DNA of 64,000 bases from an uncultured virus (IMG/VR IMGVR_UViG_3300049913_000012) (IMGVR_UViG_3300049913_000012), one strand, 5' to 3'; shown: positions 40,001 through 49,680, numbered from the stretch's first letter. A program made the numbers and translations. Notes: generated from the letters alone by a model not told the origin.

Positions 40001-40902
40001 ACTCAATTTACATGGATACCAGTGGAAGCTGGCATGTCTATGGCTATAACACCTATAATCCTAGTTTATCAGCGGGATACTATCTTATTGAAGATGGGAT
40101 AAGTCTTGACAGCTTTTTTATAGATAACTTTGGTGCGATTTATTACAATAATGGAGTGGCGATCATGCTTACTCCTGAATACGAACATCTATATGATCCT
40201 CAACCTATGAATAGATTCAGGAAAAAGGATGGTGGTTCATGGAGTTCTAAGATACCAACTAGCCTAAAGGAAGTCTCTTATATTTTTGTTGACTACAATG
40301 TAAATTTCACTAATCAAACAAGTGGTAGTTTTGGTGTGTTATATCAATTGCACACTGCTACCTTTTTATGGACTTATTATCTCAGGGCAAATACTGGAGT
40401 AGACCCTCCCTATTCTCATAAGCCAGCTTATTTGCTTGGTGTATTAGGTGGTTCGAGTAGCATCCATGCTTTTCTCCAAGCTTATCTCACATCAACCGAT
40501 CAGAAACTTGTACCCGATTCTGATATTGTTGTAGGTTCTTGGAAGAACGAGGCTAGTGGAAGTGTGCTGTATCCGTCCTTAGCAGATGTCAATGTCGGCA
40601 CTTATGCTTGGTATAACCATGCTAATGTAGGTGACTATTTTGAAGTGGGGCTAAGTAATCCATCATCAACCCCAGGAACAGGAGGACATACAATTGTTTG
40701 GCAAGCCTATCGCAAGGCTGGAACTATGTCGATGACAGTAAAGTGTGAGCTTAGACAAGATACAACGGTGATTGCCTCAGATGAGCAGACTATTACTGCC
40801 AGTGTAGCTACCTATTATAAGTCGCTTACTGCTGGAGAGATAGCTAACATCACCGATTATAACAACTTGCGTATCCGAATTACGGTTACAGCAGTTACCT
40901 AG
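37030..40902 (+). CDS. Large virion appendage protein: lectin/LamG-like N-terminus and two BNR/Asp-box beta-propeller regions
   Basis: YKSTDFGHTW and YKSTDGGQTW Asp-box motifs; AYLxG linkers between domains. Confidence 0.65.
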   Translation: MALTPVKLTGFEWGTSTLTANGGGLCDTVTGSPTVSSSYKRTGTYSLRIYAASAAATNIIFTTTTIGSSKNVMIGSAYIMFHTWPNGNVEIFTATVGAVYPSIYFDNTNKKIMSTAGGSAQTNGVTIALDTWYRIDWKINVSANPWTVDVQVEGTASTQATNGVAGSTFTNAIIGWRTAYTGEMYVDDYILSTTSTDTYPIGQHFIIGLSPANKGYMHSNNPSGYLQDNYSSVIDDSGTVACGSLDEIPFGTTTDYIKQTAIASGEYAETQFASCPGGTVIGVQFLLGYTSSATTANSASTRIRDGEGTETVVFTGDMSETSTFYKFKIIPPPSIFGRWSSDAVSTLKARMGYATSVGSLPRWQTMMLEVAMTGYGGGTSGSGYQICESWNEPIAVCETSSGVFYALCYDGQFMDYGVVLYKSTDFGHTWIRFLEADSTKIWGTAGVGTTARMVTDGNNIAIFACRNANSADCIKYCNGGGPTADWETIFTSGSNGMSTIAMGVGIDSSYYHTLWCFFAYIPDGTTKGRLAYVNLPWYTWQAAIDVPGITDPASFTNIGLQTKGDGGLWVFYCTDGEGDPPDGLYVIRYASGWQTPVKITGGTSGHVFFHELYGPSIVIDKDDDYFAYHANINSPYYIRENANSYNYGVMYSGGTGLVHYKYNPTSGSGFFRMLFSRNSKFWYMTRDDDVDWDAYNENAKVEIPSYAMAGTIIGQNSAIDFPPASGDIGLIYKDVAGEYIYFKGLFNEASTSVHAYLEGFSTVSVEYPVLQSAVIVPCAEKAFACASNGNMYCLMQDYNNSNFIQMYKSTDGGQTWATCGSQVTSTTLWGSANMAYLNQMMIAPDNTIHVMVCTSTTSAVCTKWNTYNISTDTWGASWETVYTADGSGNYCYGRLYVDKDGYPWIAACSATNHVVKNRRSGSWSAEEVVGAKLCDWNNWSFAAVDNNKALLATYTVTKIGYYEKQAGTWGSHVDLAYTGGGSGSCSPLGSNSIYMDTSGSWHVYGYNTYNPSLSAGYYLIEDGISLDSFFIDNFGAIYYNNGVAIMLTPEYEHLYDPQPMNRFRKKDGGSWSSKIPTSLKEVSYIFVDYNVNFTNQTSGSFGVLYQLHTATFLWTYYLRANTGVDPPYSHKPAYLLGVLGGSSSIHAFLQAYLTSTDQKLVPDSDIVVGSWKNEASGSVLYPSLADVNVGTYAWYNHANVGDYFEVGLSNPSSTPGTGGHTIVWQAYRKAGTMSMTVKCELRQDTTVIASDEQTITASVATYYKSLTAGEIANITDYNNLRIRITVTAVT

Positions 40903-40920
40903 AATAGATTGGAGACTTAG

Positions 40921-41607
40921 ATGAAGAAAACTATTTATACCCTAAATATAGATGACTACAGCCCTGAGATTACAGACCTTACCTATCCTTTGATAAAGAG
41001 ATGGGCTAACAAGATACAGGCAGATTTCTATGTTATAGACAGACGTGTGTTTCCAAAGCACTATGCACCTGTTTATGAGAAGCTACAAATCTATGACTTG
41101 CAGTATGAGCGTGGTGATGACTGGAGTATCTTTATTGACAGTGACGCTCTAGTTCACACCGATATGTGGGATCCAACAGAGTTCCTACACAAGGACACTG
41201 TGGCCCATAATGGATGTGATATGGCTGCTAATCGCTGGCGCTATGACAAGTACTTCCGCAGAGATGGTAGACATATTGGCTCCTGCAATTGGTTCACGGT
41301 TGCTTCTGACTGGTGTAGGGATTTGTGGCGACCCTTGGAAGACATTACTTATGAGGAGGCTCTAGAGAATATCTTTCCGTTACAAGATGAACTCAGAACA
41401 GTAATTACACGAGATCATCTAATTGATGACTATACTCTTTCCCGAAACATCGCTAAGTTTGGCTTGCATTTCACTACAATTATAAAGATGATGCAGGACA
41501 TGGGTGACGTGGGAAACTATTTCTGGCATCAGTACACAATTGATGTGCCTACCAAGGTGACAGAAATGAAACAAGTGCTCCAAAATTGGGGAGTAAGTGC
41601 CAAGTAA
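40921..41607 (+). CDS. GT-A fold glycosyltransferase (GT8/GT34-like)
   Basis: YEKLQIY...SIFIDSDAL DxD motif. Confidence 0.7.
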   Translation: MKKTIYTLNIDDYSPEITDLTYPLIKRWANKIQADFYVIDRRVFPKHYAPVYEKLQIYDLQYERGDDWSIFIDSDALVHTDMWDPTEFLHKDTVAHNGCDMAANRWRYDKYFRRDGRHIGSCNWFTVASDWCRDLWRPLEDITYEEALENIFPLQDELRTVITRDHLIDDYTLSRNIAKFGLHFTTIIKMMQDMGDVGNYFWHQYTIDVPTKVTEMKQVLQNWGVSAK

Positions 41608-44600
41608 CAACTGTGCGACTGCTGGCTCTTATAACTGGACTGCTCCTACTGGAGTAAACAGTGTAACCATCGAGGCCTGGGGTGCTGGCGGTGGCGGTGG
41701 TGCTGGTATCAATGGCAACACTACTACTGGTGGCGCTGGTGGAGGTGGTGGCGGTGCGTATGCAAGGATCACAGTAACTGGTCTGATTGCTGGTAATAAT
41801 TATCCTTTTGTTGTTCCTGCTGGCGCTGCTGGAGGCCCTGCTGGTAACAACAATGGTTCTACTGGTGCTGCTGCTACATTCAATAATAACACTTCTGGAA
41901 ATGTAGCTACTATCTTATCGGCTAACGGTGGCGGTGGCGGTCTGCGTTGTAACAACACAGGCAATCGTGCTGGTGCTGGCGGTGCAGCTAATGGTAGTGG
42001 CGGTGGAATTACCAGCTACAAGGGTGGTAATGGTGCTAACCAGAACGGTTCTTCAGGCGGTGGCGGTGGTGGGGCAGGGGCAGGAAATACTGCTGCTGGC
42101 ACAGATGCAACTACGATCACTGGTGCAACTGGTGTCAATGGTGGCGGTAATGGTGGTAATGGTGGTGTCCGTAACGCTGCTGGCAATGTCTTTCGTACTG
42201 ATTCAGGTGCGGGAGGTGGCGGTGCAGGACGTACCAATGCCACTGGTCGTGCTGGTGGTGCGGGTGGCAAGGGCCGAGTTCTAATTACTTGGACGATCAA
42301 TGTAGTAACTAGTCATGCTGCTTACCTAAAAGGCGGTACGCCAGTTAGTGCTAGTCATGCAGTATACCTAGCTGGTGGGTCTGATACTGATCCAGCTATT
42401 CCTGCTGTATCTTTCTATGTTCCTGGCAGTGCTGGTACACAGACTTCATCAAGCCATGCAGCTTATTTGAGGGGACAGGATACAGGAAGTTCTTCTCATA
42501 CTGCATACCTAAAAGGAAGTATAGTAGCCACTCCAGCTAGTCACGCAGCCTATCTCAAGGGTAGTGCTAGCGTAACCACGTCTTGTTCTGCTTATTTGAA
42601 AGGGAAAGTAGATACAACAGCCTCACACGCAGTATATCTAAAGGGCGGTATTGTTGCAGTAGCAAATCAAGCAGCCTACTTGAAAGGACAATCGTCTGGC
42701 ACAACTAGTCATGCTGCTTATCTAAAGGGACAGAGCTCAGGAACCACTAGCCAGTCAGCTTATTTGAAGGGGCAATCTAGCACACTTACCTCTCGACCAG
42801 CGTATTTGAAGGGTGGAATTGTAGTATCTGCTAGTCACTCTGCTTACCTGAAAGGCTCAACCAATGTAGTTGCCAGTGTACCAGCCTACCTATGTGGTGG
42901 TATTGCTACTTCTCGCACAGCTTATCTAAGAGGGCAAAGTAGTATTGCAACTAGTGCTCCAGCATACCTGAAAGCTCAGGCTAGCCTAGTAACTAGCCAA
43001 CCAGCCTATACTAAAGGACAGGCTAGTACTCTTGATTCTCATGCTGCTTTCCTGAAGGGTGGGATCGTAGCCACAACCTCTCAGCCAGCTTACCTAAAAG
43101 GACAGGCTAGCACCGCTGTCTCGCATGCGAGCTTTTTGGCTGGTGGGATTATAGTTACCACATTCAAAAGCGCCTATCTAAAAGGCAAAGATACTGCGGT
43201 TGATAGCCATGCAGCTTATCTACAGGGTGGTATTGTCTCTGTCTCGTCTATGCCTGCGTACTTGAAGGGAAAGGACACAACCTCAACTAGTCGTCCTGCG
43301 TACTTGTCTGGTGGTGTAATATCTGTAACTAGTAATCCAGCTTATTTGAAAAGTGAGGCCACTCTCGTTGGTAGTCACCCTGCGTATCTACGTGGGCAAG
43401 ATACTCAATCTACTTCAGTTCATGCGTATCTCAAGGGATGGAATACAGGGCTAACTAGTGCTCCAGCATACTTAGTGGGTGGACTAGCGAGCTCTAAGCC
43501 AGCCTTCTTGAGAGGCGGTGTTGTTGCTCTAACTTTTATCCCTGCATATCTAAGAGGTCAAACTACTGGCAATACTAATCAGTCAGTCTATCTACGTGGC
43601 TATCTTACTACCGTAACTTCAGTTCCAGCCTACCTGATTGGCAAAGCTGATCGTCTTACTGATATTCATGCGTATGCCAGTGGTAAGGATGTAACTAATA
43701 CTCAGGCTCCAGCCTATACTCGTGGTCAGCTTAGTGTGACTACTTCTGTACCAGCATTCGCAGCTACTAATGCTAAGGTACAGACTTCTATTCCAGCGTA
43801 TTTGAAGGGTTTTCTCACCGATCAGACCTCAGTTAGAGTATTCCTGGTTGGTAAAGATACTGCCAGTAGCAGCCAACCAGCCTACCTAAAGGGCGGTCTT
43901 CAAACATCGGTTCATGCCTATTTGCATGGCTCTCTCAATCCGACTGCTTCTACTCCTGCATATCTAAGAGGTCAAAATACAGCGATAGATAGTCATCCTG
44001 CTTTTCTGCAAGGCAAACTAACCGCAGTTACGAATGTTAGTGCTTTCTTGCGAGGAAAGAGCACCTACGCAACAGATGCTCAGGCTTACTTGCGTGGTTG
44101 GGATACAGCCCAGGCTTCCTGTCCAGCCTTCCTTGCTGGTGGAGTGATCGTACAGTCAAGTGTACATGCCTATTTGATCGGTGGTGTCAAGACTTCCAAA
44201 CCAGCCTACCTGATTGGCGGTCTAGTCACACTTGCACATGCCTATACCAGGGGCTCTATTGATACAGTCACTTCTAAGTCTGCATACCTGAAAGGATGGA
44301 ACACAACTCTTAGTAGTATCCATGCTTTCTTGGTAGGTGGAATCAAGGTTGATACCAGCACTCCAGCCTACTTGAATAGTAAGGACACAGCGGCTACCTC
44401 CAGGTCAGCTTACTTGGCAGGGCAATCAGGCAGTCTAACTACATCTGTTCCAGTATATCTAAAGGGATGGGATCACACATCTACTAATACTCCAGCCTTC
44501 TTAGCTGGAGGTGTCAAGGTTCAATCATCCATCTCGGCTTACCTAGGAGGTCTAGACTATGGACAAACGAGTCGAGCAGCATTCTTACAAGGGGTGGATA

Positions 44601-46609
44601 CTGGACTATCGAGCATACACGCTTATCTTGCTGGTAAGCAACAGGCGCAAACTAGTCATGGGGCATTCCTCCAGGGTCAGGAAAGTATCGCTAGCGTTTA
44701 TCACGGATACCTCAGGGGTCAAGCGCAAACTTCATCTTCAGCGCCTTCATTCCTACAAGGACAAGCGTCTGCAATAACTAGTAAGTCAGCCTACCTAATA
44801 GGTGGATTGAGGACATCGGTTCATGCCTTTCTTACTGGTGGGTTTATTGTTTCAGATAGCAAGCCAGCTTACCTACGTGCATCAAGTGTAGCCCAGAGTT
44901 CTATACCAGTTTATTTACATGGCAAGAGCGATACACAAACTAGTATCCATGCCTATTTAGCTGGAGGCATACTTGTTGATAGCTCCAGGCCAGCATATCT
45001 ATCTGGTGGCGTAATCATAAGTACTTCAGTCCAAGCTATGCTTACTGGTGGAGTAGTTGTAAGCACTTCTGTTCATGCTTTCATGGTTGGGTATTCTGCG
45101 AATGCCACTGCTGTCCCTGCATATCTGCGTGGCAAGTCTGATATTGTTACATCGGCTCCTGCATTTACTAAAGGTGGTATAGAGGTTGAAGACTCTCGAA
45201 GTGCATTCTTATGGGGACGCCAGGATGCCCTAGGATCGAAACCAGCTTTCCTAAGTGGTAGAGATTTCGGAGTTTCTTCAGCACAGGTCTTCCTACGAGG
45301 GCAACTTGGAACGATAACTTTTGTTCATGCCTACTTGTGTGGACAGGACATTGCACAATCCTCTATATCAGTATATCTGCGTGGTAGTCTTGTAATTGGC
45401 ACTTCGGTATCTGCTTTCTTGGCTGGTAAGGACACAATTAGTACCAGTCATCCCGCTTTCTTGGAAGGTTTGCTACGCACTACAGCTCATGCCTACCTAG
45501 CTGGAGGCAATCCTGTGGTCATGTCGGTACATGCGTTCCTACAAGGAAGTGATATAGCTGTAACTTCTGTAGAAGTCTATCTACATGGTCTAACATCAGG
45601 GACAGGTAGTGCTCCAGCCTACTTACGTGGACAGAATACGATCCAGACTAGTATACATGCCTTCTTGCAAGGCAAGCTAACTGCCGAGACTTCTGTCCCT
45701 GCTTTCATGTCTACCAATGCAGTCGATCAAACTAGCATTCATGCTTATCTGAAGGGTTACTCTGCTAATACTACATCTATTAGAGCTTACATAAGAGGAC
45801 AGGACTTTGGCATCACAAGTATTCATGCCTACCTTGAAGGTGTAGTTCGCACGTCTATTGAAGCTTTCTTGGCTGGTGGGATCGAAGTAGAGACTTCTCA
45901 AAACGCTTATATTCATGGCTCAAACCAAGCGTTTTCAGCCCAAAACGCTTACTTGCGAGGCCAAAGCGAGAGCTCGCATGCGAGGAGTGCTTACCTACGT
46001 GGTAGTGCTGATGCAGTTACACAGACCAAAGCATACACTGCTGGTGTAGCAACTAATGTGAGCAGTACTCCTGCCTTCCTTAGAGGCCAGGATACTGCAC
46101 AGACATCTTGTCCAGCTTTCTTGGTAGGTGGAATTGAGGCTAGTACCTCAGTTCATGCTTACCTAGGTACTGCTGGCATGCCAGTCACCAGTGTTCACGC
46201 TTATCTAGTAGGCGGGTTGATCGAATCTAGCTCAGTACCAGCCTATATGCGAGGTGGAGCAGAGACAACCACAAATCAGCATGTGTTCTTACAAGGCTAT
46301 GATACCAATGTCACGACAGTGCATGCCTATTTGGTTGGTTGCATTGCTACAGATACTAGTGCTCCAGCTTATATGATAGGTGGAGTGGCAACCAGAGTAC
46401 ACGCTTACCTCAAGGCTAATCCTGTCTTCTGGAACTTCATGCTCAAGGATGTTACTCTTCACCGTCTAGTTGAGAGGAACGTCACAGTCACTATCATACG
46501 TAAGGATATAATTCTCGATAGACTGGTTGAGAAAACTGTCATACTCACCAAAGATGTTGAGAAAACAATGAATATAAATACTATAATTAATAAGGAGGTA
46601 TCGACATGA
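41597..46609 (+). CDS. Very long repeat fibre protein: Gly-rich N-domain plus about 100 S-x-x-A[YF]L-x-G repeats
   Basis: GTG start with GGGAG RBS; tandem 11-15 aa repeats over about 1380 aa. Confidence 0.75.
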   Translation: MPSNNCATAGSYNWTAPTGVNSVTIEAWGAGGGGGAGINGNTTTGGAGGGGGGAYARITVTGLIAGNNYPFVVPAGAAGGPAGNNNGSTGAAATFNNNTSGNVATILSANGGGGGLRCNNTGNRAGAGGAANGSGGGITSYKGGNGANQNGSSGGGGGGAGAGNTAAGTDATTITGATGVNGGGNGGNGGVRNAAGNVFRTDSGAGGGGAGRTNATGRAGGAGGKGRVLITWTINVVTSHAAYLKGGTPVSASHAVYLAGGSDTDPAIPAVSFYVPGSAGTQTSSSHAAYLRGQDTGSSSHTAYLKGSIVATPASHAAYLKGSASVTTSCSAYLKGKVDTTASHAVYLKGGIVAVANQAAYLKGQSSGTTSHAAYLKGQSSGTTSQSAYLKGQSSTLTSRPAYLKGGIVVSASHSAYLKGSTNVVASVPAYLCGGIATSRTAYLRGQSSIATSAPAYLKAQASLVTSQPAYTKGQASTLDSHAAFLKGGIVATTSQPAYLKGQASTAVSHASFLAGGIIVTTFKSAYLKGKDTAVDSHAAYLQGGIVSVSSMPAYLKGKDTTSTSRPAYLSGGVISVTSNPAYLKSEATLVGSHPAYLRGQDTQSTSVHAYLKGWNTGLTSAPAYLVGGLASSKPAFLRGGVVALTFIPAYLRGQTTGNTNQSVYLRGYLTTVTSVPAYLIGKADRLTDIHAYASGKDVTNTQAPAYTRGQLSVTTSVPAFAATNAKVQTSIPAYLKGFLTDQTSVRVFLVGKDTASSSQPAYLKGGLQTSVHAYLHGSLNPTASTPAYLRGQNTAIDSHPAFLQGKLTAVTNVSAFLRGKSTYATDAQAYLRGWDTAQASCPAFLAGGVIVQSSVHAYLIGGVKTSKPAYLIGGLVTLAHAYTRGSIDTVTSKSAYLKGWNTTLSSIHAFLVGGIKVDTSTPAYLNSKDTAATSRSAYLAGQSGSLTTSVPVYLKGWDHTSTNTPAFLAGGVKVQSSISAYLGGLDYGQTSRAAFLQGVDTGLSSIHAYLAGKQQAQTSHGAFLQGQESIASVYHGYLRGQAQTSSSAPSFLQGQASAITSKSAYLIGGLRTSVHAFLTGGFIVSDSKPAYLRASSVAQSSIPVYLHGKSDTQTSIHAYLAGGILVDSSRPAYLSGGVIISTSVQAMLTGGVVVSTSVHAFMVGYSANATAVPAYLRGKSDIVTSAPAFTKGGIEVEDSRSAFLWGRQDALGSKPAFLSGRDFGVSSAQVFLRGQLGTITFVHAYLCGQDIAQSSISVYLRGSLVIGTSVSAFLAGKDTISTSHPAFLEGLLRTTAHAYLAGGNPVVMSVHAFLQGSDIAVTSVEVYLHGLTSGTGSAPAYLRGQNTIQTSIHAFLQGKLTAETSVPAFMSTNAVDQTSIHAYLKGYSANTTSIRAYIRGQDFGITSIHAYLEGVVRTSIEAFLAGGIEVETSQNAYIHGSNQAFSAQNAYLRGQSESSHARSAYLRGSADAVTQTKAYTAGVATNVSSTPAFLRGQDTAQTSCPAFLVGGIEASTSVHAYLGTAGMPVTSVHAYLVGGLIESSSVPAYMRGGAETTTNQHVFLQGYDTNVTTVHAYLVGCIATDTSAPAYMIGGVATRVHAYLKANPVFWNFMLKDVTLHRLVERNVTVTIIRKDIILDRLVEKTVILTKDVEKTMNINTIINKEVST

Positions 46610-46941
46610 GTACTGTAGATTTGCATGTGGGCGATATAGGAACCCCACTGAGATTTACTATCAAAGAGAATAATGTGCCAGTAGACCTATCTACTGATTG
46701 CCAATGGAAAATACTCCATTTAGAGAAGAAAGATAAGACCGTTGTAGATTTTCCCATGTACTTTGTTACTGATGGGGTAGATGGTAAAGTAGAGTATGTA
46801 ACCCAGGAAGGGGACATTGACCAAAAGGGTAAATGGAAGGCTCAAATATTCATAGGGATGACCTCTGGATCATGGCATACCTCCATTGCAACACTAGAAG
46901 TGGAAGATAATATTTGCAAGGATGAGGAATATCACTTATGA
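46606..46941 (+). CDS. BppU N-terminal-like baseplate/fibre attachment protein
   Basis: GDIGTPLRFTI...PVDLS...GKVEY...GDIDQKGKWKAQ. Confidence 0.65.
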   Translation: MSTVDLHVGDIGTPLRFTIKENNVPVDLSTDCQWKILHLEKKDKTVVDFPMYFVTDGVDGKVEYVTQEGDIDQKGKWKAQIFIGMTSGSWHTSIATLEVEDNICKDEEYHL

Positions 46942-47174
46942 TAGACCAACCAACACAGCCCACTAATGGCGGTACACTTGCATATAGGGTGGGTCGCCTA
47001 GAGCAAGATCACAGAGATCACATAGAAGATTATGATGATCTCGAAGAAAGAGTTAGAGAGCTTGAGCGTGAGTTAGGAAAGCTCCAAGAACGAATGACTA
47101 TGTTCCAAGCAGCCCAGGCCATCTTCACTACAATTGCTGGTACTGTTGCTGCATTCATCGGAAGGATACCATGA
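46938..47174 (+). CDS. Coiled-coil protein with C-terminal TM helix (XhlA/holin-like)
   Basis: RVGRLEQ...LEERVRELE followed by a hydrophobic tail. Confidence 0.5.
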   Translation: MIDQPTQPTNGGTLAYRVGRLEQDHRDHIEDYDDLEERVRELERELGKLQERMTMFQAAQAIFTTIAGTVAAFIGRIP

Positions 47175-47536
47175 TACAAACACCACTAAAGGAATTACTG
47201 TTCTATGTACGGATTATTCTGTTCCCACTCTGCGCTTTGGGATTTGTGACCAGTGCGATTTACGAATACCAATATGGCAAATCAAAACTTCGTCTTGCTA
47301 TTATGTTGATGGTTGCCCTTACTATGTTAGTTTGGATGTCTCTGACTATTGCAGCAGTGTCTAATCCTACTGTACTAGACGCCATCAAATTGTTTGCAGC
47401 CACTCCAGTTATAGCAATTCTAACTGCTATGATATGGATTTATGCTATTGCCAGAACAAAGGTAATGTCTAGGACGAAGTATAATAATCATGATAAGAAA
47501 GGAGGACGCAATGGTGAAGAAGACCTCGTTAAGTGA
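47171..47536 (+). CDS. Membrane protein with 3 TM helices
   Basis: Three hydrophobic segments. Confidence 0.55.
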   Translation: MIQTPLKELLFYVRIILFPLCALGFVTSAIYEYQYGKSKLRLAIMLMVALTMLVWMSLTIAAVSNPTVLDAIKLFAATPVIAILTAMIWIYAIARTKVMSRTKYNNHDKKGGRNGEEDLVK

Positions 47537-47747
47537 TAAGCAAGCCAAGGCCAAGCGCAAGGCTGCCAAGAAGAAGGGCAAAAGCGGGATCCTCATCAAA
47601 CCACAGAACAAGGGTAAGTTCACTGCCTATAAGAAACGCACAGGCACGACAACTTCTCAAGCTCTCCACAGCAAGAATCCCAAAGTTCGCAAGATGGCTA
47701 ACTTCGCTCGCAATGCTGCTAAGTGGCATCACGGTGGAAAGAAGTAA
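47511..47747 (+). CDS. Small basic phage protein
   Basis: AAGGAGG RBS; IKPQNKGKFTAY...RKMANFARNAAKW. Confidence 0.6.
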   Translation: MVKKTSLSDKQAKAKRKAAKKKGKSGILIKPQNKGKFTAYKKRTGTTTSQALHSKNPKVRKMANFARNAAKWHHGGKK

Positions 47748-47749
47748 AT

Positions 47750-47890
47750 ATGCCTTACAGGATCAATCCCAAAAACACTAAGGAAGTTCAGGTCTATAAA
47801 AGTGGGCGCTGGCTTACCCTAAAGAGACACCCTTCCCCCATCAAGGCTCGTAAACATCTTGTAGCCTTGAAAATAAACGTAAAAGGATAG
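47750..47890 (+). CDS. Small basic phage protein (46 aa)
   Basis: MPYRINPKN...HPSPIKARKHLVALKIN; fills the gap between neighbours. Confidence 0.5.
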   Translation: MPYRINPKNTKEVQVYKSGRWLTLKRHPSPIKARKHLVALKINVKG

Positions 47891-47899
47891 GAGAATGAA

Positions 47900-48283
47900 A
47901 TGAACGAGTACTTCGTTGCTTTATGGGCTGCGCTGGATGGGAGGCTATTAGTCCTAGCCTTATTGACTGTCATTGATATTGTCTTTGGAGTTGTCATCGC
48001 ACTTGTCAAGAACAAGAACTTCAAATGGGAATATCTGGCAAACTTTCTAAACAGTGACGTGTTACCGATATTTGGCTGGATTGGCATTGTGCTCATAGCA
48101 TCAATTCCAAGCGGTCTTGTCCCTGCTGGCGCTATTCTAATCGGAACTGATGTAGTCTACGGTTTTGTATTCCTGAAGATACTAGCCTCTATTTTAGGTT
48201 CTTTAGCGGATATGGGTATACTACAGAAGCCACTAAACAGAATCGGAATTGGCGATATGCCAATTGGCGATAAGCCACAGTAA
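47900..48283 (+). CDS. Holin (putative)
   Basis: 3 TM helices; VIDIVFGV.IAL...F.W..LANFL pattern; last gene of the operon. Confidence 0.65.
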   Translation: MNEYFVALWAALDGRLLVLALLTVIDIVFGVVIALVKNKNFKWEYLANFLNSDVLPIFGWIGIVLIASIPSGLVPAGAILIGTDVVYGFVFLKILASILGSLADMGILQKPLNRIGIGDMPIGDKPQ

Positions 48284-48290
48284 CCATTTG

Positions 48291-48328
48291 CCAGACACAC
48301 CTAGGCGAGATACCTAGGTGTTGTCTGG
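48291..48328. terminator. Hairpin at the convergence of the two arms
   Basis: CCAGACACACCTAGG / CCTAGGTGTTGTCTGG inverted repeat between convergent genes. Confidence 0.6.
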
Positions 48329-49147
48329 TGCGATTATCGTACCATTAGGTAATAGAACTTGCCTGATGGTCTTTATTATTTCTTCTTTCTGTAGCTGAAT
48401 GCCATTTTGGAAGGCTGGATTGGTCTGGGCAGGGTTCAGATGCACAAATGGTCTAATGAAGACCGAGTTGGGGATATATTGTGACTCTGGCCCTGTCGGG
48501 CCAAGTATCAGTACCATTGGTAGTCCTAAGGCTACTGCTACGTGCATGAAGACTGTATCTATCCCAATATAGAGCTTTGCAAACTTCATAACCGCTGCTA
48601 CTCCTCGCAGAGTTCCTTTGTAACATTCGATGCGGGGGGATATTTGATACAGTCTATCTACCTGTAGTAGTATCCCTGGTTGCTGAAGAGCTATATGTTC
48701 TAGAGCTTGGCTCAGCATGGGACACTCTCTTGATTTCCAGCCAGCGTTATTAGCAACGATAACTCTCCCCCTTAGACGACTTGGGACACTATCTAGTTCC
48801 TCTTGCTTGAAGTAGAGCTCAGGTTTATGGAATGGCACATCAGCCTGTTCGCAGTGGATCACTGCCATTGGTTTATTCCAGCGGTAGTGATGGTCTGGAG
48901 TTATCACTAGATCGTATTTACTGTGAAGCTCGTCTGTGTTTACCACTGGCCCTATAATCACTTTCCTGATATAGGGGTTATGCCATAATGCAAAGTCAAA
49001 TCCTGAGCGCACATGCCAGTCAATCACAGCATCAGGATATTTCTCATGAAGCCCTGGAAGCACACTGGTGGCTACGAGTACGTCACCGTGTACGTCTAAG
49101 CGCTCAACGAGGATTGCTTCGACTTTTTTTTGGCAGGATTCTTCCAT
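48314..49147 (-). CDS. GT9 (heptosyltransferase-like) glycosyltransferase
   Basis: HGDVLVATSVL..LHEKYPDA.I; YIGIDTVFMHVAVALGLP.V.I.GPT. Confidence 0.85.
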   Translation of the reverse strand: MEESCQKKVEAILVERLDVHGDVLVATSVLPGLHEKYPDAVIDWHVRSGFDFALWHNPYIRKVIIGPVVNTDELHSKYDLVITPDHHYRWNKPMAVIHCEQADVPFHKPELYFKQEELDSVPSRLRGRVIVANNAGWKSRECPMLSQALEHIALQQPGILLQVDRLYQISPRIECYKGTLRGVAAVMKFAKLYIGIDTVFMHVAVALGLPMVLILGPTGPESQYIPNSVFIRPFVHLNPAQTNPAFQNGIQLQKEEIIKTIRQVLLPNGTIIAPDNT

Positions 49148-49680
49148 ATTGCCCAGGCTGCATCAGCAGGGGGATAGATATGCTGGTGAAACTTACTCCA
49201 TGTAGTCACTGTGAAGCCCTGTGCTTCAAGTTCTGGAGGCGTCCATACAGCCTCATGAGCCATAGCTGGATTGTCTTCAGTACCCTTTTGGTCACAGGGG
49301 CCAACTGGTAGCCAGATTAGCACTTTCTTCCTAGCGATCCTTTTAGCTTGACTGAGTAACTCAAGTCCTTCATCTTTGGTAACATGCTCAAGCATATCCA
49401 TCATGATGACTACATCATATGACTCAGTAGGCAAGCTAGGTAGATAGGTACGAGCATCCCTCACGTAAGCTTGAAGCTCCTTTGCAGCTATATTGCGCTG
49501 GTTCGTAATGAGATCACGAACACCTGGAGCAGCTATATCAAGAGCAACTAGTTTCTTGAAAGGTATCTTCCTCATCTGAGTGCTGAGTGGCGAGTTCATG
49601 TGACCACAGCCAACGTCAAGCACCTCTAGTTCTTCAATCTTCAATCCTGAAAACTTCTCAAGCAAATTTAGCGGTTCCAT
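49096..49680 (-). CDS. Class I SAM-dependent methyltransferase
   Basis: VLDVGCG; YDVVIMMDMLEH. Confidence 0.85.
   Translation of the reverse strand: MEPLNLLEKFSGLKIEELEVLDVGCGHMNSPLSTQMRKIPFKKLVALDIAAPGVRDLITNQRNIAAKELQAYVRDARTYLPSLPTESYDVVIMMDMLEHVTKDEGLELLSQAKRIARKKVLIWLPVGPCDQKGTEDNPAMAHEAVWTPPELEAQGFTVTTWSKFHQHIYPPADAAWAIWKNPAKKKSKQSSLSA

Noticed and set aside
41700..46400. Diversity-generating retroelement or DNA-level tandem repeat in the fibre gene
   Set aside because: Repeats are conserved only at protein level; no reverse transcriptase or adenine-specific TR/VR pair was seen
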